A stretch of 64,000 nt of DNA from assembly GCA_002633005.1 (NCBI GenBank), contig NMRA01000871.1, positions 26,313-90,312 on the forward strand, in the 5' to 3' direction. The stretch is from Phoronis australis (lineage: Eukaryota > Animalia > Phoronida). Position 1 is the stretch's first letter; every line of letters starts with the position of its first letter. Shown one piece after another: positions 27,501 through 37,651 of this stretch. A model generated the notes under the pieces. That model had not been told where the DNA came from. It searched no databases and saw only the letters and a program-made list of their open reading frames with translations. A program made the position numbers and the translations under genes.

Positions 27501-30500
27501 AAGTAAATCTCTATCGAAACTTATGTGAGCTTAAGTTCTTACATTATCTGCAGTGTCATGCCTCACCAAGGATTTTTTATAGTTCAGATAATGTGTATAC
27601 TTTATTGAAGACACGATTTCTCTCTGTTTTACGAGTTAATTTCAGCTCTTTTAAACTCTCTAAATAGAGACTTATTTTCACATGACAAGAGTGCAGTAAA
27701 AATGCAGTCGACATCAGTACGTAATATAATTTACAAGGCGCATTTATTATGAGACACATCTCATTTTCAGTCCCATTTGTAGTGATATATACCATGATAT
27801 ACAAATCTGACCACTGCTCACAAGTCCCATTAAATTCAGGTTCCCATTCACTCCGTCCATACATGAAATAGCGAGACCGAGCTCAGAGGAGTAGGAGACA
27901 CGTTTTTGCAATAGTCGATTGTCTGCCAGTAAGTCTAGCATTCAAACTCGGGTCTCTCAAACCGGAGTCTGGACCTCAAACCACTGAGCCACACATTATT
28001 CGTCCAGCATTACATCAAATTATTAATGAAGCGTAACATAACTGAGTAAGCTTTCCCTTTAAAGACAATGGCTAGTTTCATGTTCACGATCCCCTTTCGT
28101 CAATTTGTAGGAGACGACGGGCAAACAAAAACCCTTCAACTGAGGAGCTGAGGATGGATGACATCTCAACAATTGAAAACACAAGTTCATGTCAGTTAAA
28201 TTTTGTATATTGTACTTTATATGTTGTTTAATCGTGTATGGACTTCTCTTTATGATGGTGTCATGTAAAATTGAACTTTTTGTGGGTGCTCTGTCTGCGT
28301 AGTCAGTAGCTGACGGCATGCGTATAAAGGCGGTCTTCTCGTTTTATTAGATTTTCTTTGTCCCACTTCTTGGAAAGATCGTCAGTTTCCATGTAACATC
28401 TGTTGCCACGTGAGTGCCTATTTGAATCTCAGTATGATTGCAGCCATATTTTCTACATTTTCACTGTCTGCTTCTGTGCAGCAACGTCCAACAATTACCA
28501 GGAAGCTGCCCAAGGTCCGGCTGTACGACCCAAAGAGAAACCAATGGCGCCACCTAAACCAATAAATCCAACACCACCCGCAGAGCCAGTGTATTCCAAC
28601 TTCAAGAAACCAATCTCCGTCGACGAATTGGATTCCTATGTAGCGAAGCGGTTGAGCGATGACGATCTTGCAGATGAATATAAAGTGTGTTGCTTTATTT
28701 TCTTATTTTAGAAAAGGGGGAAGATTATACATTTATCAAAAGTCACAGTCGTAAATTTGATATATGGGTATTTAGTTAAAATGTGTTTGTTTGTGTTTGT
28801 GTTTGTGTTTGTGTGTGTGCGTTCGTGTTTATGTGTGTGCGCTTGTGTGCGTTTGTGTGATTATGTGTGCGTGTGTTTGTGTGTGCGTGTGAGGGTGTGT
28901 GTTTGTGTGTGTGGGTGGACAGAAGCCGGAGAGCTTCAAAGACAAGTTACTTACTTCTATCGTACTTTACAATGCAAGTAAATTTGAATGGCAAGATAGT
29001 CATTATTTGCTTCTTATTTCTTGAGCATTTTTGAAAAACTGCCTGATGATGTCACTAGTATAGTTAGGCAAATGAAACTGACGCGTCAGTACAATGTGTG
29101 AGAAAAAACAGTGAATCCTAACAGTGTTCACCCCTTAACTCCTGGACCGTTCACTTTGTCACCTGCAGCCATTTGCAGGTTGAAATCCTACCTCCTGTGC
29201 ACAACAGGACACCTCTTCTTTCATTTCTAAAAATCTAACTTTTATGCACATTTAAGCCCCCTTGTTGTTTATATTTGCCACAGCTTGTCAGAAATGTTCG
29301 TTATAACTGTTCATTCTAATACATGTGTATCACATTTTTATCGTTTTAGAGTTTGCCAAGTGGTCTTATTTTTCCCAGAAGTGCTGCCTTGAAAGATGAC
29401 AACAAAACGAAAAATCGTTTTACCAACATTTTACCGTGTACGTATATACACCCTGTACATGTACGCATTTAACTCTCATCGAAATAACTTCAATTCATCG
29501 CTGATTTTTTTAAATTTCCAACTTCTGTGTTTTCCAGACACGTAATAATTTTGTTAGATAATTATTTGTGTGTTTGAATATACAGCACCGAATTATTCTC
29601 GATACATTTAGTTCCTCCTTGACATTTACAGATAACAAAAACCGTGTGATTCTTGAGAAGATACCGTCCGAACCAAATTCAGACTATATCAACGCTAGCT
29701 ACATCGACGGTTACAAGAAACCTCGGGCCTTCATTGCTGCCATGGGTAAGTTACATTTCAAAGAACATGCACATGTATATCCACAGGTGGTCATTGCCCA
29801 AAAGATTAGGTCAAAGTAATTCGTAGCTTTTTCGGGTTGTCAATACTACGATTTTATCTCTCACCTATCAAGCCAGATTCCAAGTTTTGTGATGGGTAAG
29901 TTTGCATACCGGATTGTCTTTGAAACTACAAAGTCCCGATTATAACTTGCACGTAATTTAGTTTCACCGTTATCGCAGTGCCTATTATTGCGCGGATCAA
30001 GGATAAACTCATTCGATCCGAGATTAAACAATGAAAGATAGAAATGGCGGACCGAAGTGTACTATCCTATTCACTTTTATCCTTTTTACTGCTCCTGTTT
30101 CACTCGGTGTCACCTTATCTTGCGCTATCGTTACGTCCTAAGGTTACATTTGTTCATGTAAAAGATGGTGTAAACTACTACATGTATGCTTTTCTAGGTC
30201 CGAATCGCCACACTGTAAAGGACTTTTGGAGGATGGTTTGGCAAGAAAACATAAATAGGATTGTTATGTTGACTAACCCTGTGGAAGGCGGCAAGGTGAG
30301 CAGCTCATGGAATGTTTACTGCAGCTGCATAGTATAAAGTATTATTGTTTTGAGTCACGTAACGTCTATTAACCATTAAAATGTAAAACAGAAAGCAAGT
30401 CTTAAGGAGAGCTTTGTGGTCTATATGTTACACCTGCTGTTACTCGCTAAACTCAATTTGCTATCGATTTCATTTTTAGAGAAAATGTGAAGTGTATTGG

Positions 30501-33500
30501 CCCGACTCCCACGAAGTAGAAAGATACGGCGACATCAACGTCACGTTGACTGGCAAAGAGACAAAGCCCGATTATGTTGCAAGAACTTTTGAAGTACTCA
30601 AGGTAACCACTGTAAGTGTTTTCCGGATATTTATTTCTGCTTCAAAGCTATACATGTATATCTACTTGTGTGTTTCTTACAATACACATATACTCTCCTC
30701 ATCTCATTAAACAAATGGGTTGTCTAGCCTAACAAAACCTGTCACAGATTATCTGACGGAATTGTACATGTGTATGAAAATACTTGACGGTGCTTATGTT
30801 AATGAAGTTCTCGCCACACTTCCGACATTCCACCTGTCTCTATGCTTCCGACAGCCAAAACAAAACCAAGCTAGGGAACTAGTCCACTATCACTTCACAT
30901 CTTGGGCGGATCACGATGTGCCGAAGAGTTCAGCTCTCTGGAAATTCTACCGCATGGTCAAGGAACGTATGAGTAGTGACGGAGATAAACATCCAACGGT
31001 CGTTCACTGCAGGTTTGAGAAACTGTTTGATTATTCATGTTACACTGAGTGACACAGTCATGGTCCAGCTGATGACTCACATGAAGCGCTTCAATAGCAC
31101 ACTGTTTGATAATCTAATAATTTTGGAATAAGGAGCTGGAACTCCGAAGCTTCGAACTAAACTCTGCATCTCTTTCAAACAGGGCAAAACTTCTAAAATA
31201 ATTCGCGACCACTTGGGCGCTAATGAAGCTGTGTTGTTTGTTGCGATTATCTAGAACTTTCAGTTATCCACTGACAATATGGTTACCAAGGCTGACTTCG
31301 AACTGCAGAAACTTTGGTACGCGCCGGTTTATATGGCATCTGCAAAGTTATTTTAATATGTCCGTTTGTAGCGAACGTATTCTAATATTCTCGGTTTGAC
31401 CACATTTCAAGTCAGTGATTAAGGCCAATACAACATAATATCGTGTTTACTTGAAGTGCTGGCGTAGGCAGGACTGGTACATTCATCATGATGGACATAT
31501 TAAGTGAACAGATCAAAGCTGAGAATGTCCTTGACATTCTGGGACAAGTGTACTTGCTGCGACAACAGAGAGTTAACATGGTGCAGACCTGGGTATGTTA
31601 TTAACATGGTGCAGACCTGGGTATGTTATTAACATGGTGCAGACCTGGGTATGTTATTAATACCAACATTACTTGTCAGATTTGTTGTGCAATTCGGGAA
31701 AGTGGAAATTAAACATTTTTGGAAACCTCGTGGAGCAACAAATTGATTTTGTGAGTTTGAATATGACGTCGCTCAATCTGAAGGTGGTTCTAAAGTGCTT
31801 ATAACCAACATTTACCATGGTTTGATAAGTGACTTTATTGTCTGCTGCATTTCATAAAGACAAGGAAATAGAAGAACAAAAAAATTGGAAGAGTCTCTTG
31901 TACAATTGTTTACCGTATCATCGCTTCTCTGTCTCGGGCGAAATTTATAAGACAACAGCGTTTCTCAAATACAGAGTTGTCACAACCTCAACAAGAGAAA
32001 ACTTCAAGCCGTTCTTAACTACGTTGTAAACCACTGGAATACACGCAGAAATATCTGACGATTTCTCACATTTAAAACAACGAAAGGTGACTAATACGGT
32101 ATTGGTTGTCTTGATTCTACGTTGCATGCATCGACTAACAAATGCTTACAATTCGAAATCGGTTAATTTACATATCGCCAGATGGACCTTGCGGGTTGTA
32201 CAAATTTGACAGCTGATCGAGGGAATTGATGTGTCTGTTTTTTGGTGTTTTGATATGGAATGGGTGATTTAATGTGCTTTAAATAAAAAGGAGAAGTTGA
32301 AAAAAGTTTCGTATGTCACCCTCTTTAAGGATAAATGATGTTCCTTCATAGTCAGCCAAGCAAAATATGTTTACACTAAAGACAAACTTTTCGGGTCTGC
32401 GCAAGTCAAATAGTGTCAAAGGGTCATCAGCAGGGGTTGACCAACCCCTACACAAATTAGAACATTTCATACTAGTTGAAGGCGATATATAATAAGATAC
32501 ATGTTCAAGATCAGTTTCTTGGAGTTAGGTAGAGCAGGGTATTTCGTTTCTATTGTTACATGTAGGTCTATGGGATAGTGTCAACATTTTGCCTCTGTCA
32601 CTCACAGGTTATTAGAGCTAAGTTTGCATATGCAATGGGATTATGGATCACTCTGCTTTTACATACCACTGTCTAATTGTAATTCAACATTTCGATTGCC
32701 AAACTGTCACTTTCCAGTAGCAACCAGTGCACATCCTCGATCAATAACATCTCAAAAACCTCGAAACACATTAAATGTATTGAATTGTGCTAAACCATCT
32801 ACTATTCCATTTTTAATCCTGAGTGCATCAACTAACAAAGTCATAACCATTTCGCGACTCATCTTCCAGACTCAATACGAATTTATCCATTCTGCCATGG
32901 TTGAAAATATCTACGGCGGGGACACGTTCATTCCATCAAAAGATTACGAGAAAACTCTCTCCGAGCTGTTCACAGAGGAGCAAACCAAAGGTGTGAACAC
33001 TCTACAAAAGGAGTTTCAGGTAACAGTTCTTTTCACCAGAAACATTCTATTCCTTGACCAGAACAAGTTTAATCCATAGGAGATTCGGCGCCCGCAATGG
33101 AAAACAATCAGAAGACTCTTGCTTACTCCTCTCACACACGTCAACCATTTTATGTTCTAACCATAGCTGTTTTTGTAAAAAAAAACTACATGTATCACTG
33201 ACGAGAACGAGTCAAGATAGTGTCTAACGTCAAAATACACTACATGTTCCTACTTACATGTACCTATTAAATGATCTTACATCCAGTAACGGTGAGTATT
33301 GTTACATGTGTACAATCCTTGATAACGCATTACGCTGTGTCGATCAAGGCTCATGGTATGAGATTATTTCGACAAAAGAGATTGCCAGTAAAAGCCGTAA
33401 ATACTTGCTAACAGACGGGTTATGTGTCGAGTAACAGCCAAAGCGAAGGTTTGCGTAATAATTATGGCAGGTAACCTTTTGGCGCTACGCCGTAGAACTA

Positions 33501-36500
33501 CAGAAATGACAAAATAGCGTAACAAATACGTAATTCCCGTATTGGTTGACATGCATGTTTCAACTACTATACTGCTCTAACAGGTGTGTTTTGAAATTAT
33601 AGTCCAACTCGAGTATGTATATGGAGGTTAATTAGGACTTCTGTCTTGTAAGCGCATCAACATTGTCATGCCTTTCTAGTGAATGAAATTTTTGCTTTGA
33701 TCACAAAACCAGGTGTGATGAGCAACTGTTGCTAAATGTTCTGTTGAGGCTGAAGGCTTTCACTTTCGTTTTCAGACCCTTCGACGGCTCTGTCCTCCAT
33801 GTGACCCAGAAGAATACGGCGCAGGAAGACTTCCTCAGAATACAAACAAGAATCGGTTCGCCAAGATCTTGCCTCGTGAGTTGTCAAGATAAATATTTTT
33901 TTGATCTGCTGGCCAATGTAACATATTCTCATTTATGTATGATTCCAAGGGAATTTAAAAACTTAAACGTGTAGTTGTTAGTGGCTTAATTTGTCCTAGT
34001 GTTTTTTTCTTGGTTTTCTTCGAATTTGTAATTGATATTGCAACAATTCTCCGCAGTGGGTCGTGCACGTCCATACTTAATGACCCCGGGTGAAGAAGGC
34101 GGAACAGATTATATCAACGCCGTCTTTGTAAACGTAAGTAATATATCGCCACTGACCTCAGGGAAAAGCTGCTCAACGTTATCCTGTACATTTTATGTAA
34201 CATTTTGGGCCAAGGTCTTAAATGTTGAAATAACTAAACTAAGTAACAACACTTAAGTGTGGTCGTCATCGGTCAATACAACACAAAAGTTGAGCTTATG
34301 CAACATAATTTAAGTCAGTTCTGAACTTGATGGGCGATTCAATACCGTAATGATAAAACTTGTTGCAGCTCGGCTGATATATGTGCTTTAAAGTACACAG
34401 TTCATGGTATTCTAGGTAACGTTATCGCTAGCGTCGTCACTGTAAATTGGAACCATGTTGATACACAAAGCGAATTTCATGTCGTGTTAAATACTCAAAT
34501 ATTACAGGGCTTTCAACACCGCGACGCGTTCATAGTCACACAGATGCCCTTGCCGAACACTGTCTTCGATTTCTGGCGAATGATTTACGACCACGACAGT
34601 AGCACCATTGTCATGTTGAACGCTAGTGCAGATGGTGACAAGGTAAATACGTTCAGATGTGTACTATATTTATTATATCAGTTCTGCTGATGTTTTTGTG
34701 CTCTGATTTCGATTCATGTCTGTCCTCGTTTGTCAATTCTTTCACGAGATTTAGTTTCTAAAATGCGAATGTCTATCTATATTGGACTGTGGGCCCTTTG
34801 GACCTTACATTCTTTGAGCCATCAGACAGACGATAAAATACCAATCAAAATGATAAAACGATCAACATTGTTTTTTAGTCCAAAGGACCAATTGTCTGAA
34901 AAATGTTTTCGATCTGTCGGTCATTCGTACTATTGACCTTTATCGCCTTGAACAACATGGGAATATGATCACGCGCCCATGCTCTATTTTACGTTGTAGA
35001 CTTGCGCACGTTACTGGGCTGAAGAGGGCTCGGTTAAGTATGGTCACTTCAGAATTGAGACTGCGGCTAAAAGGTTCGAGCACAACGAGCTTATAATTCA
35101 CCGAACTTTTAACATCGTTGATACAAAGAAGGTATGGACTCCTTGATCAATCAGTTGCCTTAGAGGCTGTCAGTCGCAAGTATTGTAATTGTAGAAACTG
35201 CTATGTTCTATGTACTTGGATACTTAACCCATGTTGAAGAAATGACAATGGAGACTCTAACATTCGTTGTGCAAATAAGGTCTAAGTGTTCAAAATAAAT
35301 TGTTTAAGATTCTAGAAGTTGCAAAAGTTTTGTCGTGACATTCTGTATATCATTGAAATCACTAAATCCCATTGGAAGAACAAATTAGCCAATCCCCGCA
35401 GTACACACGTAATTTTGTGTCCAGATAAATTCCTTCTTTATGAGGAACTTTTGATAGAATAACCTATTTGCCGAAAGCCTTTTTTAAACTAAGTGCCATT
35501 TCCTTGATAATCAACATTACCCCCACTCACAAATTGCTTAAATTCTTCTGGAAATGTTCCAAAGGTATCCTGCATTGCATGTCGCCTCGCATGTTTCTAC
35601 ATGTCTTCTGTGTGCTTCTATGAACGTAATATGTAATTATTTTAGACAAGCAGTGCACCTCGTCAAATTAAGCATTTTGAACTCACCAATTGGCCAAAGA
35701 ATCAAAAGATACCACCTTCTGCCACTCAGCCTGCATTGATAGAGCTCTACGACCTAGTACAGAACAGGCAACGGAAAACTGAATCCAAGCCAGTCACTGT
35801 GCATTGTCTGTAAGTAACCATTTTAGGCTAAACATGTACATCTTTCGTTGTGTGTGTCTCTCCATGGTAAATATATTGTATAGCAGTACACTGTACCCAC
35901 TTAGACCTAGCCTTGACAGAAAGGTAGCTGATTAATGACATGTTAACTTGGACACCCGCTGCAAAACTCTCTTGCAANGCCACGCATGCCAGGGATTTCT
36001 CGTGTAAAATTACCAAATAGCTCCCCGACCTCGGATCTTCTGTATGTTGAACTACTGTGCAGCTCCCAACTTAGTGCGAAGCGCTCTTTGTTTAAAGAGA
36101 ATTTCTAACTCATCTACTGCCTGTGTTTGACTGTTTTTCTTGTGTGCAGGGACGGTTGTATGCGTAGCGGTTTCTTTTGCTCCATGGCGAATCTGTTCGA
36201 TAAGATCAAAGTAGAACAAGGCGTCGATGTCTTCCAAACCGTGAAGAGTGCGAGGTCGAACAGACCAGAGTTCGTGCCTGACATTGTAAGTACCATTTTC
36301 AACTTAAGCAGTGGCAGATTCAGAGGGGGGCAAGAGCGTCATGACCTCCCTAAAATTCTCCCAGATTCCGTTTAGCAGTTAGGGGGTGCGAATGTCTCAC
36401 GGGCAAAATCCTCGAAATACTCTGCCCTGGCTCCCTCTAACTCAAAATCCTGGATCTGCGCTGTTGTTTCATAAAGTCCTTCCCGCAGTGTTGTGACAGC

Positions 36501-36964
36501 GTGTGTATACTAAGGTGCAGCAAGCAAGTGTAAGGAATTCAGCTTCGGCTACTGTTCTTAAAAGATTATTCAGTTGTCCATTTGGTCTCGTGCATTGAAT
36601 ACGCTAAATCTGACTGAATTGCGGGAATTGTGTACTGGTGCTCGTCTCGAACAGACATTGGCACTCTCTTCATTGTTAACAGTCGTTGTTCGTAAACATC
36701 ATTTTGTCAGTTGCTCGCTTCGTTTGCGGCGAAACGACAAAGGTAACTCGTTTTACTATGTTTTGAAGCCAGTGATTGGAATGAACTTAAGATGCAGACA
36801 ATACGGCACTTGCTTATAGTGGACATTCTTACTGGAGGTACAGTACATGTATGAACGTGGCTTCATCATTTTTTTCGAACTTATTCCAGGAACAGTACAA
36901 GTCCCTTTACTTGATGGCTCAGCGGTTTTTGGAGTCCTTTGAAACTTACGCGAACTTCCAGTAA
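429..36964 (+). CDS. Receptor-type tyrosine-protein phosphatase (EGF-like, 12 FN3, membrane-proximal FN3-like, TM, PTP D1, PTP D2); 34 exons, 5'-partial
   Basis: All exons are bounded by AG/GT and phases are mutually compatible. The sum is 6257 nt = 2 + 2085 codons. Motifs: [41 protein letters not shown]; D2 [27 protein letters not shown]; ends ETYANFQ*. Resembles R2B/R4-type tandem-domain RPTPs, but no ortholog can be assigned. Confidence 0.95.
3340..4435. mobile_element. Non-autonomous DNA element with inverted arms and a terminal hairpin
   Basis: About 3340-3560 is an inverted copy of about 4010-4250 (CGTCTGCTAAAGTAGGTTACCA); it ends in a GTTATCCCCC...GGGGGATAAC hairpin; family copies at about 52100-52630, 39315-39370 and 46510-46590. 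Confidence 0.7.
5051..5462. mobile_element. MITE with ~35-bp terminal inverted repeats
   Basis: AACCTGGGCCCGGTCTCTAATCTTTGTACTCGAAA vs TTTCGAGTAAAAAGATTGGAGACCGGACCCAGGTT (3 mismatches); related fragments near 1760-1880 and 2790-2880. Confidence 0.8.
6599..6907 (+). CDS. RPTP exon 2: FN3 #1
   Basis: tatag|AA ATT ... GGA G|gtaaag; [10 protein letters not shown]...[10 protein letters not shown]...YLVRIKIK. Confidence 0.9.
7361..7425 (+). CDS. RPTP exon 3: FN3 #2 N-half
   Basis: ttcag|AA CCA ... TGG CCA|gtaag; [22 protein letters not shown]; phase 1-0. Confidence 0.8.
8092..8302 (+). CDS. RPTP exon 4: FN3 #2 C-half
   Basis: ttcag|GAA CCT ... AAA G|gtactt; [17 protein letters not shown]...WQVRVRTFN; phase 0-1. 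Confidence 0.85.
9918..10223 (+). CDS. RPTP exon 5: FN3 #3
   Basis: tctag|CG CCA ... TAT G|gtgagt; SLTVVWKEP...[16 protein letters not shown]. Confidence 0.92.
11482..11784 (+). CDS. RPTP exon 6: FN3 #4
   Basis: tttag|CA CCA ... GAG G|gtgagt; RNGVITHY...[14 protein letters not shown]. Confidence 0.92.
12162..12467 (+). CDS. RPTP exon 7: FN3 #5
   Basis: ttcag|TT CTA ... CAA G|gtatat; [20 protein letters not shown] (an alternative AG acceptor lies 6 nt downstream). Confidence 0.9.
13917..14519 (+). CDS. RPTP exon 8: FN3 #6 and #7
   Basis: tctag|CT CCA ... GAA G|gtaatt; 603 nt encoding two FN3 repeats. Confidence 0.92.
14924..15541 (+). CDS. RPTP exon 9: FN3 #8 and #9
   Basis: tatag|CC CCT ... 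ACA G|gtatgg; 618 nt encoding two FN3 repeats. Confidence 0.92.
15778..16080 (+). CDS. RPTP exon 10: FN3 #10
   Basis: tgcag|CA CCG ... AGT G|gtaagt; [13 protein letters not shown]...AGPW. Confidence 0.92.
17870..18120 (+). CDS. RPTP exon 11: FN3 #11 (most of the domain)
   Basis: gacag|TA CCC ... TTC CGG|gtaggt; LSWKAP...[11 protein letters not shown]. Confidence 0.9.
18515..18581 (+). CDS. RPTP exon 12: FN3 #11 C-terminal strands
   Basis: tacag|GTT AAA ... CTT G|gtgaat; [22 protein letters not shown]. Confidence 0.85.
19042..19151 (+). CDS. RPTP exon 13: FN3 #12 N-half
   Basis: tttag|TC CCT ... TAT TTG|gtaact; VPGEPASL...[20 protein letters not shown]. Confidence 0.87.
19850..20009 (+). 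CDS. RPTP exon 14: FN3 #12 C-half
   Basis: ttcag|GTA GAA ... CCA G|gtaaag; [22 protein letters not shown]. Confidence 0.87.
20350..21080. mobile_element. Inverted pair of Penelope-like terminal repeats, each with a degenerate type I hammerhead motif
   Basis: About 20350-20460 is the inverted copy of about 20970-21080; CTGATGA at 21004, GAAAC at 21032. Confidence 0.55.
21938..22046 (+). CDS. RPTP exon 15: membrane-proximal domain part 1
   Basis: long pyrimidine tract, tccag|AT GTT ... ATC AA|gtaagg; phase 1-2. Confidence 0.82.
22203..23009. mobile_element. Kolobok-like non-autonomous TIR element
   Basis: TTAAAGGTGTTCGACACA at the left end, TGTGTCGAACCTCCTT at the right end, with subterminal inverted similarity (GCCTACT.CAAAT). 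Confidence 0.6.
23296..24169. mobile_element. TIR element with CGACCC-type subterminal repeats
   Basis: GATTGTTCTGAAACCCCCT.GACCC and GGGTCGAGGGGGTTTCAGAACAATC form a 25-bp inverted pair. Confidence 0.8.
24939..25194 (+). CDS. RPTP exon 16: membrane-proximal domain with furin-type RRRRS site
   Basis: ttcag|G TTT ... GGC|gtaagt; FYLIVVE...MRRRRSV...[17 protein letters not shown]...YRF, typical of the RPTP membrane-proximal domain. Confidence 0.9.
25411..25474 (+). CDS. RPTP exon 17
   Basis: tatag|GAC AAG ... ACA G|gtacag; phase 0-1 bridges exons 16 and 18. Confidence 0.75.
26608..26760. mobile_element. Short GC-rich MITE (CAG.GGCGGATC terminus family)
   Basis: CAGGGGCGGATCC...CCCACCACTG; relatives at about 36309-36463, 49556-49765 and from 63968. 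Confidence 0.55.
27235..27340 (+). CDS. RPTP exon 18: transmembrane helix
   Basis: tatag|TG AAA ... TAT AG|gtaagc; [23 protein letters not shown] followed by R. Confidence 0.92.
28111..28190 (+). CDS. RPTP exon 19: stop-transfer/juxtamembrane
   Basis: tgtag|G AGA CGA CGG gives RRRR after the TM helix; the donor T|gtcagt was chosen to fit phase. Confidence 0.75.
28482..28684 (+). CDS. RPTP exon 20: Pro-rich juxtamembrane region and start of wedge region
   Basis: tgcag|CA ACG ... AAA|gtgtgt; [30 protein letters not shown]...LADEYK. Confidence 0.88.
28782..28915. repeat. Imperfect (GT)n microsatellite
   Basis: GT/GTTT/GC mixed dinucleotide run. Confidence 0.9.
29350..29437 (+). CDS. RPTP exon 21: D1 motif 1 (KNRF)
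   Basis: tttag|AGT ... CCG T|gtacgt; 88 nt; [12 protein letters not shown]. Confidence 0.92.
29632..29745 (+). CDS. RPTP exon 22: D1
   Basis: NRVILE...[23 protein letters not shown]|gtaagt. Confidence 0.95.
30198..30295 (+). CDS. RPTP exon 23: D1
   Basis: [33 protein letters not shown]; 98 nt. Confidence 0.95.
30480..30602 (+). CDS. RPTP exon 24: D1
   Basis: RKCEVYWPD...YGDINV...YVARTF. Confidence 0.95.
30855..31012 (+). CDS. RPTP exon 25: D1 WPD-loop equivalent and catalytic Cys
   Basis: [13 protein letters not shown]...PTVVHC AG|gtttga. Confidence 0.95.
31457..31592 (+). CDS. RPTP exon 26: D1 P-loop to Q-loop
   Basis: tgaag|T GCT GGC GTA GGC AGG ACT GGT = SAGVGRTG...[12 protein letters not shown]|gtatgt; 136 nt. 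Confidence 0.95.
31573..31660 (+). repeat. Three exact copies of a 28-bp unit spanning the exon 26 splice donor
   Basis: TTAACATGGTGCAGACCTGGGTATGTTA at 31573, 31601 and 31629, followed by a partial TTAA. Confidence 0.97.
32870..33019 (+). CDS. RPTP exon 27: end of D1 and D1-D2 linker
   Basis: [12 protein letters not shown]...GDTFIP...LQKEFQ; 150 nt. Confidence 0.93.
33776..33875 (+). CDS. RPTP exon 28: D2 motif 1
   Basis: ttcag|ACC ... CCT C|gtgagt; [12 protein letters not shown]. Confidence 0.9.
34057..34133 (+). CDS. RPTP exon 29: D2
   Basis: RARPYLMT...[10 protein letters not shown]|gtaagt. Confidence 0.93.
34508..34642 (+). CDS. RPTP exon 30: D2
   Basis: [32 protein letters not shown]. 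Confidence 0.95.
35000..35131 (+). CDS. RPTP exon 31: D2
   Basis: tgtag|ACT TGC ... AAG|gtatgg; [16 protein letters not shown]. Confidence 0.92.
35646..35809 (+). CDS. RPTP exon 32: D2
   Basis: [18 protein letters not shown]...KPVTVHC CT|gtaagt. Confidence 0.92.
36150..36285 (+). CDS. RPTP exon 33: D2 P-loop
   Basis: (L)[10 protein letters not shown]...[18 protein letters not shown]; 136 nt. Confidence 0.93.
36890..36964 (+). CDS. RPTP exon 34: terminal coding exon
   Basis: tccag|GAA CAG TAC ...; [24 protein letters not shown]. Confidence 0.93.
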   Translation, partial: EQYKSLYLMAQRFLESFETYANFQ

Positions 36965-37576
36965 GGGAAAACGTTTGCTACGGCAAGAAGACAGACATGT
37001 GACTGTTTGTTAATCTACGTGCGTCAGAAGTAATGCGTGATTCACTTCATGGAAGTTGTATAAGCGGTCCCCCAGTCTGCTACAAAAGTGGAGGGATCAC
37101 TGTNTACTCTGTCCTGGCTCCCCCTAACTCAAAATCCTGGATCTGCGCTTTTGTTTCATAAAGTCCTTCTCGCAGTGTTGTGACAGCGTGTATATACTAA
37201 AGTGCAGCAAGCAAGTGTAAGGAATTCAGCTTCGGCTACTGTTCTTAAAAGGTTATTCAGTTGTCCATTTGGTCTCGTGCATTGAATACGCTAAATCTGA
37301 CTGAATTGCGGGAATTGTGTACTGGTGCTCGTCTCGAACAGACATTGGCACTCTCTTCATTGTTAACTGTCGTTGTTCGTAAACATCATTTTGTCAGTTG
37401 CTCGCTTCGTTTGCGGCGAAACGACAAAGGTAACTCGTTTTACTATGTTTTGAAGCCAGTGATTGGAAGGAACTTAAGATGCAGACAATACGGCACTTGC
37501 TTATAGTGGACATTCTTACTGGAGGTACAGTACATGTATGAACGTGGCTTCATCATTTTTTTCGAACTTATTCCAG

Positions 37577-37651
37577 GAACAGTACAAGTCCCTTTACTTG
37601 ATGGCTCAGCGGTTTTTGGAGTCCTTTGAAACTTACGCGAACTTCCAGTAA
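37577..37651 (+). CDS. Second identical copy of the RPTP terminal coding exon
   Basis: Lies inside the ~687-bp direct duplication; the coding sequence is identical to 36890-36964. Confidence 0.6.
   Translation, partial: EQYKSLYLMAQRFLESFETYANFQ

Noticed and set aside
28757-28981. Cys/Val-rich ORFs (also 62361-62645)
   Set aside because: They are translations of (GT)n microsatellites.
31573-31660. CRISPR-like 28-bp direct repeats
   Set aside because: There are no spacers; the copies are head-to-tail duplicates of an exon/intron junction in a eukaryotic gene.
36574-37506. Two near-identical 81-aa ORFs (36574-36819 and 37261-37506)
   Set aside because: They are intronic by-products of the 687-bp duplication, start at TTG and show no domain features.
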